NCBI GenBank assembly: GCA_963662795.1
Contig: OY759746.1
Location: forward strand, 256,001 to 320,000
DNA length: 64,000 nt
Reading direction: 5' to 3'
Source: Spirochaetia bacterium
GTDB taxonomy: Bacteria; Spirochaetota; Spirochaetia; CADAEX01
Shown in pieces: positions 25,674-35,138 of the stretch (position 1 is its first letter; each line of letters begins with the position of its first letter). The notes under the pieces were generated by a model. It was not told the DNA's origin. It saw nothing but the letters and a program-made list of their open reading frames with translations, and made no database searches. The position numbers were made by a program, and so were the translations under genes.

Positions 25674-25806
25674 CCCCGTCCACGGGGGTATTTACATCCA
25701 TGTAACTCAGCCTTCCGGCGTCCATGCCTCGGCTGAGTATTTACATCCCTGTAACTCAGCCTTCCGGCGTCCATGCCTCGGCTGAGTATTTACATCCCTG
25801 TAAATA
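25674..25806 (-). repeat. Tandem 49-bp hairpin repeat (2.4 copies) with GGA loops on the mRNA strand
   Basis: Unit gtatttacatcc(a/c)tgtaactcagccttccggcgtccatgcctcggctga at 25688, 25737 and partially at 25786; extra hairpin ccccgtccacgggg at 25674. Confidence 0.95.
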
Positions 25807-26160
25807 AAAAAAGCCTTGCATGCCAATCATCCAAACACAACTGCATTAAGCCAAAGCTTAAACAATTGTAAGGACGATAAACATCAAGACTTTGAATGTT
25901 TCCGCGGTTCCACCTTACTTCAGCATCAAATGCTGCGCTCGAGGTGCCTTTTTAACGGGGGCAAAACCGGCCAAATCTACTCAGCTTTCATTTTAAACCA
26001 TCAGGTTAGGTAAAAAGCTTTTCGGATGGCAGCTCGGGAGTGGTTTTCATCTGCACTTGTGCCGGAAATCTTCCAGCCAGCCGTATTTCATTAAGTCTTA
26101 CGGATCGGATTCCCTCTCTCTTGACACAGCGGCGCAGTTACTTTTCTCCGTCAATGCTGT
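25804..26160 (-). ncRNA. T-box riboswitch (Thr, ACC specifier) with intrinsic terminator
   Basis: T-box AAGGTGGAACCGCG (25916-25903); stem I GCATTGACGGAGAAAAGTA...GAAAACCACTCCCGAGC with ACC at 26044-26042; terminator AGTCTTGATG..CGTCC/GGATG..CAAGGCTTTTTTT; upstream of thrS. Confidence 0.92.
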
Positions 26161-26267
26161 TAGGTAAAAAATATTACTGTTGAAATTAAAAGTCAAGAGT
26201 CACCATTAAAAATTGCAATTCTTATTTTTAATTATTTTAACTTCTATATTTAAATACAAATAAATAA

Positions 26268-27254
26268 TTAAAATTCTAAAATTGTTTCATCAATAATTTT
26301 TTCTGTTATATTCACCATTTCCTTTTTGCATACTTTTATAATTACATCTCTGTAATCAACATTCTTTTCCAAAGATTTTTTCTTGATTATTGGTAAAAAA
26401 CTGGAGTGAAGACCTGAATAACCACAAACAATTTCATCAGTTGAAAATCTATTTTTCTCCGAAAGCATTGGGAAAATTACTTCATCGTTTAATGCAGAAA
26501 GGATTTTATAATCAAAATTATTAGTATATCCATATCTTTTTAATAACAGAGTTAATATTTCTGTTGGAGCATTTCCAGAACTTCTACCCAGACCTCCAAC
26601 ACTTGCATCAATTTCCTCAGCCCCGCATTGTACAGCTGTTATAGCATTTATTACTGCTAATTGCATGTTATTATGGGCATGAAAACCTATTGGTATATCT
26701 GTATTCATGTTTGCGTTTATAATATACTCTTTTACCATCTCCGGGATAAAACTTCCAGCAGAATCCATAAGTGTAATTAAATCAATTGGCCACTTAGACA
26801 TGTTTTCAATAATTATACAAAATTCTTTTAAATTAACTGCATATGATTTCATAAGACATACATTCACCCATAATCCTAGTGATTTTGCATATTGCACTGT
26901 TTCAATTATTTGTAAATATTCAGTAATATTTGTTCCAATGCGGATAAATTTCATGCCTTTTGAATATGCCTTTTTAATATCTTCATCTGTACCGTATTTT
27001 TTTAAAAAGAAGAAACCATATTTTGATTTATGTAATGTTTCTTTAGCAATACTCAAATATTGATCATCTGTAAGTGCTGCAGCTTTTTGTAAATTACGAC
27101 TTGCACCCAATCCAAAACCATGCCCCATATCTATCCATTCAATACCAGCTCTTTCTAAATCACTTAGTATTCTTCTTGTCTTAATTTCATCAAATTGAAA
27201 ATCAATAGCATTACTACCATCTCTGAGAGTGCAATCTATTAATTGAAGTCTCAT
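26268..27254 (-). CDS. 4-hydroxy-2-oxoacid aldolase (DRE-TIM, DmpG/HOA family)
   Basis: DCTLRDG, GHGFGLGAS, DSAG, GFHAHNN, GLGRSSGNAPTE, and a DmpG communication-like tail GYSGLHSSFL. Confidence 0.85.
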   Translation of the reverse strand: MRLQLIDCTLRDGSNAIDFQFDEIKTRRILSDLERAGIEWIDMGHGFGLGASRNLQKAAALTDDQYLSIAKETLHKSKYGFFFLKKYGTDEDIKKAYSKGMKFIRIGTNITEYLQIIETVQYAKSLGLWVNVCLMKSYAVNLKEFCIIIENMSKWPIDLITLMDSAGSFIPEMVKEYIINANMNTDIPIGFHAHNNMQLAVINAITAVQCGAEEIDASVGGLGRSSGNAPTEILTLLLKRYGYTNNFDYKILSALNDEVIFPMLSEKNRFSTDEIVCGYSGLHSSFLPIIKKKSLEKNVDYRDVIIKVCKKEMVNITEKIIDETILEF

Positions 27255-27353
27255 TTAACGCTCCTTCATAAAAATATTTTAAAAGCTTAACTGCTGATTT
27301 AAAATATTTACTCTTTATTCCCTTATAAAATAATCATTCCAACAACATACTAT

Positions 27354-28064
27354 CTATATCCCTAAAAACGCTTTTCTAACAATTTCAGATTTTAATAGTT
27401 CTTTACCACCTTCTTCTATTATTTTACCCGTCTGAAGCACATAAACCTTATCTGCAACTTCAATTGATTTTTTAACGTTCTGTTCAACTAGTAATATACT
27501 GATATTCATATTCGTTTTTAAAACTTCTATAGCTTTAAATAGATCTCTTACAAGTGTAGGCATTATACCTAAGCTTGGTTCATCTAACATTAGTAATTTC
27601 GGATTAGACATAAGTGCTCTTCCAACAGCTAACATCTGTTGCTCTCCACCACTTAATGTTCCAGATATTTGATTATATCTTTTTTTCAACACAGGAAACA
27701 TTTGAAATATTGTTTCTATCATATCTTTTCGAAATATTTTATTTTGTATTTTGTAAGCACCTAAGTTGAGATTTTGCTGTACAGTTAATCTTGTAAATAA
27801 ATGTTTTCCTTCCGGTACTAATGATAGACCAATTTCTAATCTTTCTTGCGGTTTTAATTCAACAATATTTTTATCTTTATACAATATTTCCCCTGTTGTT
27901 TCTTTCATCAGCCCAGAAATAGTTTTTAGAATCGTACTTTTACCTGCACCATTTGAACCGATAATTGAAACTATAGTACCTTGATCAATACTGAAATCAA
28001 TCCCGTTTATTACATTATTTCCCTCAAAATATCCTATTTTAAGATTCTTGACTTGAAAAAACAT
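27354..28064 (-). CDS. ABC ATPase, LivF-like
   Basis: GSNGAGKST, LSGGEQQML, LDEPSLG, LVEQN. Confidence 0.92.
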   Translation of the reverse strand: MFFQVKNLKIGYFEGNNVINGIDFSIDQGTIVSIIGSNGAGKSTILKTISGLMKETTGEILYKDKNIVELKPQERLEIGLSLVPEGKHLFTRLTVQQNLNLGAYKIQNKIFRKDMIETIFQMFPVLKKRYNQISGTLSGGEQQMLAVGRALMSNPKLLMLDEPSLGIMPTLVRDLFKAIEVLKTNMNISILLVEQNVKKSIEVADKVYVLQTGKIIEEGGKELLKSEIVRKAFLGI

Positions 28065-28778
28065 TTATTCTCCTCCAAGATAGCATTCAATAACGGATTG
28101 TTCTTTTGATATTATGGATGGCTTCCCTTCAGCTATTTTATTTCCAGCATTAATAACAACAACTTTATCAGATATTGGCATTACAATTTCCATAACATGT
28201 TCTACAATAATTAAACTAATTCCTATATCACGTATTTTATTGACCATTTCAATTGCTTGATTGGATTCTAATGGAGTTAGTCCAGACATTGCTTCATCCA
28301 ATAATAATAATTCAGGTTCAGTTGCTAATGCACGTGCGATACTTAATATTTTTTCATCAGCTAATGTAAGTTGATTCCCATAATAATCTTTTTTATCATA
28401 AAGATTTGTAAAATTTAAAACACTTTTCGCTTTATTAATTGCTTCATTTTTACTATTAGTTCTACAGAATGATCCTACCATAACATTTTCTAAAACTGTC
28501 ATTTTTCTAAATGTCTGAGGGATTTGAAAAGTTCGGGCAATTCCTTTTTTATTTATTATATAGGGTTCTTTATTTTGAATTTCATCTTCACCAAAATATA
28601 TTTTGCCAGAATTAATATTTAAAAAACCAGTTATACAATTAAAAATTGTAGTTTTACCAGCACCATTAGGACCTATAAGTCCAACAATTTCACCAGGATT
28701 AACATTAAATGAAACAGCATTAGTTGCTAATAAGCCTCCGAAATATTTGAAAATATTTTCAATCACAAGTTTTTTCAT
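28065..28778 (-). CDS. ABC ATPase, LivG-like
   Basis: FGGLLA, GPNGAGKTT, ARTFQ, LLDEAMSGL, VEH. Confidence 0.92.
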   Translation of the reverse strand: MKKLVIENIFKYFGGLLATNAVSFNVNPGEIVGLIGPNGAGKTTIFNCITGFLNINSGKIYFGEDEIQNKEPYIINKKGIARTFQIPQTFRKMTVLENVMVGSFCRTNSKNEAINKAKSVLNFTNLYDKKDYYGNQLTLADEKILSIARALATEPELLLLDEAMSGLTPLESNQAIEMVNKIRDIGISLIIVEHVMEIVMPISDKVVVINAGNKIAEGKPSIISKEQSVIECYLGGE

Positions 28779-29778
28779 TACATCTATCCTTACAAGATTT
28801 TGTTATTTTAGCTTTATATATACCAAGAATACCATTTGGCTGATAAAGAGCCATTATCATTATTATTAATGCATATATAATTAAATCTATTGCTCTTCCA
28901 GTTCCACCAACATAAACCCTAAATATTTCACTAATAGGTACTAAAATTAATGCTCCAATAAATGGACCCCATAAATATCCAACCCCACCAACAACTGCTA
29001 CTAATAATGCATATAAAGATGTTCTGAATTCAAAAAATGTCTCATGACTAAGATATAAAGTATATTGAGCCATAAACACACCTGGAATTGTTGCTATAAT
29101 TGCACTAATAATAATAGCGGTTGTTTTAATATTTCTTATATTAACACCGAGGCTTAAAGATGCATCTTTGCTTTCTTTCATTGCTTTTAAATAGTATCCA
29201 TATTTTGAATTCAATAAATATTTATTAAATATTATTATTGTGATAAAGAAAATAAAAATTATAAAATAATATGGATTTTTAGTTGTTACAAATTGAAACG
29301 CAATCCAACTATTAGTTTTTTCAAATGGAATAAAAAGACCAACAGATCCACCAACATATTTCCAATTCATTATAAGTGTACGAGTTATCTCTGCTAATGC
29401 TATAGTGGCTATTGCATAATAATGTCCAGCTAGTTTTGAAAATATTTTACCAAGCAAATATCCTAATATGCTATTAATTAAAATAGCTAATATTAAACCA
29501 ATCCAAGGATTTATCCCGTACTTAATATTAAATACTCCTACGACATAAGCACCCAATCCAAAAAAGACAGTTTGACCTAATGAAACTATTCCTGATGATC
29601 CAAGAATATTCCACGAAATACCAAGAATAGAATACATAAAGACCGTAATCATTAAATGAATCGGGAAAGTTGTTTTTATAAATAAAGGAAATAAAAGAAA
29701 GATGAAAAACCCACTAATAATTATTTTATTTTCTATTTTACTGAATGTGCTTAAAAGATTCAAATTAATACCTCCCAA
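28759..29778 (-). CDS. ABC permease, LivM-like
   Basis: SLGQTVFFGLGAY, YYAIATIA, VVGGVG..WGPFIG. Start uncertain. Confidence 0.9.
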   Translation of the reverse strand: MGGINLNLLSTFSKIENKIIISGFFIFLLFPLFIKTTFPIHLMITVFMYSILGISWNILGSSGIVSLGQTVFFGLGAYVVGVFNIKYGINPWIGLILAILINSILGYLLGKIFSKLAGHYYAIATIALAEITRTLIMNWKYVGGSVGLFIPFEKTNSWIAFQFVTTKNPYYFIIFIFFITIIIFNKYLLNSKYGYYLKAMKESKDASLSLGVNIRNIKTTAIIISAIIATIPGVFMAQYTLYLSHETFFEFRTSLYALLVAVVGGVGYLWGPFIGALILVPISEIFRVYVGGTGRAIDLIIYALIIMIMALYQPNGILGIYKAKITKSCKDRCNEKTCD

Positions 29779-30625
29779 AAAAGCCTCTTGGTTTTATAAT
29801 TAGAACTATAATAAAAGTAATCATAACTGCTGTAAGTTTAAAACTTGGTTCAAAAAAATAAGCAGAAAAAACTTGTATAAATCCAACTAAAAAAGCTCCT
29901 AAAAAAGCTCCACTGATACTTCCAAATCCGCCCATTGCTACGGCAATAAATGAAAGTGTACCAAAACTTGAACCAACCGTAGGGTATGCATAGTATAAAC
30001 CACCTAACAAGGCCCCTGTTATACCTATACAAGATAAGCTTATTCCCCAAACCAACATATACATTTTATCAGGATCAATTCCCATCAAAGAAGCTGTTTC
30101 AGGATCTTCGGATACTGCTAAAATTGCCTGTCCAGTCTCAGTTTTTTTAATAAACCAAAACAGTGCTACTAGTATAAAAATTGAAACAATAATAATAATT
30201 ATATTGCCTACTTGTATTGATAAACCATCAATAATATCAATTCTATTTTTTACAATTGCTTTATTTACAGATCTAAAATTAGATGACCAAAAAAATTGTG
30301 CCAAACTCGATAATAGAAGAGATAATCCATATGTAGCAAATATTTGAGTTACCATCTCAGCTTTGAGTATTTTTTTTATTAAATAACGATGCGTTAATAC
30401 ACCAACAATAAATAAAATAATTGCTGCCAAAGGTATTGAATATAATGGATCCAAACCAGTAATCGAATATGTCCAGAATGCAATATACATTGACAACATT
30501 AATGCTTCACCGTGAGCAAAATTTACAATCTCAACTGTTCCAAATATTAGACTCAACCCTATTCCTAATACAGCAAATGTAAATCCAAGACTAATTGCAT
30601 TTATTAACATTTGTATAAAAGCCAT
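29765..30625 (-). CDS. ABC permease, LivH-like
   Basis: GLSLIFG..IVNFAHG, TGQAILAV, GGFGSISG, KPRGFFG. Confidence 0.92.
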   Translation of the reverse strand: MAFIQMLINAISLGFTFAVLGIGLSLIFGTVEIVNFAHGEALMLSMYIAFWTYSITGLDPLYSIPLAAIILFIVGVLTHRYLIKKILKAEMVTQIFATYGLSLLLSSLAQFFWSSNFRSVNKAIVKNRIDIIDGLSIQVGNIIIIIVSIFILVALFWFIKKTETGQAILAVSEDPETASLMGIDPDKMYMLVWGISLSCIGITGALLGGLYYAYPTVGSSFGTLSFIAVAMGGFGSISGAFLGAFLVGFIQVFSAYFFEPSFKLTAVMITFIIVLIIKPRGFFGRY

Positions 30626-30737
30626 TTATTATTCCCTTTTAATACGTCCTCCCATGCAAATATTTCAGAAAATATTACAGTGAAGGACAAATATTTTATT
30701 TTACACATTTTAAAAAAATATAAAATATTATTTTAAG

Positions 30738-32003
30738 TTATTTTCTTTCTCTCCATTTATGAAGTGGGTAACTTACATCAGTTATAGATGAATCAAAAGG
30801 CCATATTTGATGTAACTCACCATTTAAATATTGTACAAGAATTCCATTCGATTTTATATTTAATCCATTTGAGTTAAATTTAACTCCGTTCCATGGTAAA
30901 AATAATTTATCTGCAGGTATATCAGTTTCTTTTAATGCTTTTTGTATTTCTACAGGATCCGTAGAGCCTGCTCTATTAATTGCGTCTGCAAGTACAATTA
31001 TACCATCAATAGCTCGAGGAGCATTTCCAAAACCTCCACTGTTTTTCTCGTGCCATAATTCAGAAACTATTTGAGCATTTTTATTTTTTTTAGTAAAATC
31101 TTCGTTAAAGACTTCTCTAAATATCATTCCCTCTGCATCGTTACCTAACGCTTTAAAAATTGCTGGATACTGTACACCGCTAAAAATCATCTCGACATTA
31201 AAATCTAAAAGTTTCATAGTATTTATCAATAATATCTGATCCTGAGCAAAGCATATTTCCAGTAAAATATCCGGATTTGATTTTTTTAATTTTGATACTT
31301 CAGAAGATAAATCAACTGTACCAGACGGAAAAGAAACTTTTTCTACAACATTATAACTATATTCTTTTGCATATTTATCAACAATGTTTGCACAATCTGT
31401 TCCCCACAAACTATCTTCATGTATTATAGCTATTCTTTGATAAGCAACATTATCTCTTTGTTTTAAATCTTTTAAAAAATCAAAAAAAGATTTTAATAAT
31501 ATTTCATCATCAGGTGTAGTTCTAAAAAACCATTCTAATCCTTTTTTATTCAACATTGGCGATGAAGCTAATGCATTCAAAAAAGGGAACTTATGACGTT
31601 CAGCTATCATTTGAGCAGTTGCAGTTACTGAACTAGTATATGATCCTGTTATTGCAACTACTTTTTCTGAGGTAATCAATCTCTCAGTTTCGCTCATTCC
31701 TTTTTCCGGCAAACCTTGATCATCTGCATAAACTAACTCTATTTTTGCATTTCCGAGTGCTGGTAATCCAATTGTTCTTGCAAGCGGCATATCTGCATCA
31801 ACGGCGTTATTAACAATATAAGCACCTAGATCATAACCAGCTTTTAGGTATTCACCGTCAAGAGCCATTTTGCCACTTAAAGGTAATAATACTCCGATCT
31901 TAATAACATTTTCTTGAGGTGTTTTTACTTCTTTCTGCCCGCCTGAATAGACCAGACTAATCGTACAAAATGCTATTAGCATTATTAACACGATTTTTTT
32001 CAT
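30738..32003 (-). CDS. ABC substrate-binding protein, Leu/Ile/Val-binding family
   Basis: Signal peptide ending SGGQKE; IKIGVLLPLSG, ADDQG, GSYTSSVT, WFFRT, ADAINRAGS. Confidence 0.9.
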   Translation of the reverse strand: MKKIVLIMLIAFCTISLVYSGGQKEVKTPQENVIKIGVLLPLSGKMALDGEYLKAGYDLGAYIVNNAVDADMPLARTIGLPALGNAKIELVYADDQGLPEKGMSETERLITSEKVVAITGSYTSSVTATAQMIAERHKFPFLNALASSPMLNKKGLEWFFRTTPDDEILLKSFFDFLKDLKQRDNVAYQRIAIIHEDSLWGTDCANIVDKYAKEYSYNVVEKVSFPSGTVDLSSEVSKLKKSNPDILLEICFAQDQILLINTMKLLDFNVEMIFSGVQYPAIFKALGNDAEGMIFREVFNEDFTKKNKNAQIVSELWHEKNSGGFGNAPRAIDGIIVLADAINRAGSTDPVEIQKALKETDIPADKLFLPWNGVKFNSNGLNIKSNGILVQYLNGELHQIWPFDSSITDVSYPLHKWRERK

Positions 32004-32024
32004 ACTAACTGCTCCTTTATAAAA

Positions 32025-33221
32025 TTATTTTAACAGCTCAACGGCTGCTTTAAATCTTTTAAGGCCTTCATTTATATTTTCCATTGATGTAGCAAAGGTA
32101 AGTCGGATAAAACCAGGATACTGGAAAGCGGTTCCCGGTACTGTTGCTATTTTTCCATTATCCAAAAGGAATTCACATATATCAATTTCATTTTTTAATT
32201 TTTTATCGTTAAATGACTTCCCAACAAGGGCACGTACATCGGGGAACACATAAAATGTTCCATCTGGATTATTACAGAAGATACCCTCAATTTCATTTAG
32301 TTTTTGGACCATATAGATTTTTCTCTTTTCATATTCCAATCGCATTTCTTCTATAAATGTATAATCCTTAATCAAAGCATCTACAGATACTTTTTGTGTA
32401 ATAGTGTTTACATTTCCTGTCACATGAGATTGGAACTTGATCATTGCAGATATAATATCTTTAGGACCAGCAGCAAATCCGAGTCTCCAACCAGTCATGC
32501 AATATGTTTTTGAAACAGCATTTACAGTTATAGTTCGTGCAGCAATTTCTTTTCCAAGGGATGCAAGACTTATTGGTTTGTTTTCAAAATAAATACTCTC
32601 ATATACTTCATCAGTTATAACCCACATATCTTTTGAAACTATGAATTCAGCAATCTTTTCAAGATCTGCAATGGTAGATATTGCACCAGAAGGATTATTA
32701 GGATTATTCAACAGAAGACATTTCATTCCGCTTTGATAATAATCCTTAAGTATTTCAGGACTTAGTCTAAAGTTTTCTTGCGCTTCTGTGGGAATAAAAA
32801 CCGGTTCAGCACTGGCAAGCCGTATTTGTTCAAGAAAACTGACATAGCATGGAGTTGGAAGAAGGACTTTATCTCCTTTTTCACATAATGTATAAAAGGC
32901 ATTGAACAGTGCTTGTTTTGCACCATTTGTTATTATAACCTGATCCGGCGTATACTCAATATCGTTATCTCTTTTAAATTTTTGACAAACCGCTTCTCTT
33001 AATTCAGCTATTCCCTGTACAGGAGTATATCTCGTGAAATTGTTTTTAATTGCTTTAATTCCCGATTCTTTTAATACAGATGGTGTGTCAAAATCAGGTT
33101 CACCAGTTGCTAAACTTATTACATTTATTCCTTCATTAACCATTTGTTTTGCCTTATTAGCAATTACTATAGTTGCAGAAGGATTTATTCCATCAACTGC
33201 TGTAGAAATTCTTTTGCTCAT
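32025..33221 (-). CDS. PLP-dependent aminotransferase class I/II (AspC-like)
   Basis: GEPDFDTP, NNPNNPSG, DEVY, SKTYCMTGWRLG. Confidence 0.93.
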   Translation of the reverse strand: MSKRISTAVDGINPSATIVIANKAKQMVNEGINVISLATGEPDFDTPSVLKESGIKAIKNNFTRYTPVQGIAELREAVCQKFKRDNDIEYTPDQVIITNGAKQALFNAFYTLCEKGDKVLLPTPCYVSFLEQIRLASAEPVFIPTEAQENFRLSPEILKDYYQSGMKCLLLNNPNNPSGAISTIADLEKIAEFIVSKDMWVITDEVYESIYFENKPISLASLGKEIAARTITVNAVSKTYCMTGWRLGFAAGPKDIISAMIKFQSHVTGNVNTITQKVSVDALIKDYTFIEEMRLEYEKRKIYMVQKLNEIEGIFCNNPDGTFYVFPDVRALVGKSFNDKKLKNEIDICEFLLDNGKIATVPGTAFQYPGFIRLTFATSMENINEGLKRFKAAVELLK

Positions 33222-33232
33222 TGCTTTCCTCT

Positions 33233-34246
33233 TTAAATTAATAATTTTCCATTATCAATAATTACTATTTCTCTTCCATCTTTCATATAAAGGGTTATAG
33301 TTGGGGTTTTCATTATGTTATCGAAATGATATTTTTCACTACGGTTTATACCAAGTCCTTCAGAGTTTCCCATTGCGAAATGAACTCCTCCGGAAACTTT
33401 TTCACAATTTGAAATATTATCATCAAAAACAGCCCAATCATTGCAGCCTATTGATAATTCAGCAATCCACATTCCTATAAAAGATTTTACCCTGTTATCA
33501 GATTTTTTTAAAAGTTCAAGCAACTTCTGCAAATATTTTTCATCTCCCATAACATCAATAATAACACCATCTTTAAAATTCCATTTTATAGGTTCCAGAG
33601 GTTCACCCATTCCGGTAGCTACTCCGTCAATAACCATTATCCCATTAAAAGTCAATTCTTCTGGACAACTCATAACTTCTCCTTCCGGAGCCTGATTCCA
33701 ATAAAATCCATCATTATAAATTGGACTCCTGGGCATAATATTATGAGTATAGAGACTAAAACTCAGATCAGTTCCCAATGATGAAGTAGCTCGCAAATAT
33801 TTGCTGTTTTTTAAAAGATCTTTAATTTTTATTGCTTTATTACGAACAGAATTATTATTAGCAGCGATTCCCTGCAAAAAGTAAATCTCTTTAGGATCAT
33901 ACAAATATACATACTTTGTTTTATTATCCACACATATTTGCTGCAAAGGTCTGTTAAATGTAAAATTCTCCTCACTAATTCTGTTAACCAGATAAATAAC
34001 TGCATCAGAATTTTTTACGGAACCAATTAGAGGATCAGGAACTTTTGTTATCGGCCTGAAAATTTCCGGCAATATAGAATAAGTTACATTGTTGATTTCT
34101 TTTTTTTGTAAGGCTTCCAGTAAAAACCCAGCCATAATGTTCATTGATTCTGAAGCTAAAACCAATACTTTGCTGTTAATATTTAAATCTAAAGTATCTA
34201 GCAAGTTAACTGCTCCATTGATATACTCTTTTCTATTACTTTGCAT
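33233..34246 (-). CDS. M29/aminopeptidase-T-like metallo-enzyme (COG2309 / NicX-related fold)
   Basis: NQAPEGEV, IAELSIGCN, EKVSGGVHFAMG, HFDNIMKTPT resemble the family motifs NLPxGE, AELGIGxN, EKxxGxxHxAxG, HxD. Confidence 0.65.
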   Translation of the reverse strand: MQSNRKEYINGAVNLLDTLDLNINSKVLVLASESMNIMAGFLLEALQKKEINNVTYSILPEIFRPITKVPDPLIGSVKNSDAVIYLVNRISEENFTFNRPLQQICVDNKTKYVYLYDPKEIYFLQGIAANNNSVRNKAIKIKDLLKNSKYLRATSSLGTDLSFSLYTHNIMPRSPIYNDGFYWNQAPEGEVMSCPEELTFNGIMVIDGVATGMGEPLEPIKWNFKDGVIIDVMGDEKYLQKLLELLKKSDNRVKSFIGMWIAELSIGCNDWAVFDDNISNCEKVSGGVHFAMGNSEGLGINRSEKYHFDNIMKTPTITLYMKDGREIVIIDNGKLLI

Positions 34247-34263
34247 TTCTTCACCCCTTATTT

Positions 34264-34407
34264 TTATATTGAAAAAAGTGAACCATCCTCACTTATATAA
34301 TCTTTAATACCACATAGTCCTAATGCCATTCACAAACTAGCCTGATTACTTGAAATTACTTTTTTACCCGTTTCCTTTTCAAGGAGATCAATAATTTCAA
34401 CACATTT
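34264..34407 (-). pseudogene. C-terminal remnant of a maleate cis-trans isomerase / Asp-Glu racemase family gene
   Basis: KCVEIIDLLEKETGKKVISSNQASL*MALGLCGIKDYISEDGSLFSI*; in-frame TGA at 34332-34330 replaces the conserved Trp; no N-terminus. Confidence 0.75.
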
Positions 34408-34408
34408 T

Positions 34409-35050
34409 CTAACCCTCACTTTTAAAATTCTTTGCCAATACTTCTCTGCTTTTTTTTATATGAAGCCTCATGAAATTTTCAGCTTTTTCCTGATTGCCTG
34501 ATTTAAGAAGGTCAATTATTTGTCTATGTTCATTTAGTGTCTCTGCTGGATCTCTTACTAACCCAATATTAAATGATAATAAACTGATATGGAAATTTGA
34601 AATAATGTCCGAAGTTAACTTTGCCCTACTGTAATCAACAATTTTTTCATGAAAATCTATATCACAATCAACATATTCATCATAATTTGATTCAGATACG
34701 GCTAATTTCATTTTTTGAAATATTTTTTCAAGTTCAAGAAATTCTCTATTTGATGTTCTAAGAGCAGCATATCTTGCGCTTAAACCTGCCGTGACTTCAC
34801 GCAAATCATAAATCTCAAGAATCTCTTCATTTGTATAATTTTTTAAGTAAACACCTTGTCTTGGATGATCTTCCAGAAGTCCATCTTTAACCAGAGCGGT
34901 AAAAGCCTTTTTTACAGTTGTTCTGCTAACTCCAAGCAAATCAGATATATGTTCTTCATTAATTTTTTGTCCAGGCTTAAAATTACGTTTAATAATCATT
35001 TTTCTTAGTTCAAAATAAGTCTGTTCACTTAATGTCTTGCTTAATGCCAT
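34409..35050 (-). CDS. GntR family regulator (FCD domain)
   Basis: LGVSRTTVKKA wHTH, EIYDLRE, DIDFH, EHRQII, MRLHI. Confidence 0.93.
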   Translation of the reverse strand: MALSKTLSEQTYFELRKMIIKRNFKPGQKINEEHISDLLGVSRTTVKKAFTALVKDGLLEDHPRQGVYLKNYTNEEILEIYDLREVTAGLSARYAALRTSNREFLELEKIFQKMKLAVSESNYDEYVDCDIDFHEKIVDYSRAKLTSDIISNFHISLLSFNIGLVRDPAETLNEHRQIIDLLKSGNQEKAENFMRLHIKKSREVLAKNFKSEG

Positions 35051-35075
35051 AAAATCCTCTCATTAAATATCGCGT

Positions 35076-35138
35076 TATTGCATGCAATATATCATCTTTG
35101 CATGCAATTATATTAACTTGCATGCTTTTACTTGTCAA
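35076..35138 (-). promoter_or_regulatory. Island promoter with three TTGCATGCAA operators
   Basis: TTGACA (35138-35133)-17-TAATAT (35115-35110); palindromes at 35078, 35098 and 35118 (last one TTGCATGCTT). Confidence 0.8.

Noticed and set aside
25688-25803. 49-bp repeat as a mini CRISPR array
   Set aside because: The intervening 'spacers' are identical, there are only 2.4 units, and no cas genes are in the window.
34330-34332. In-frame TGA as Trp/Sec recoding or an alternative genetic code in the island
   Set aside because: Other island genes use TGG for Trp and livM ends in TGA; the fragment also lacks its N-terminus, so it is a pseudogene.
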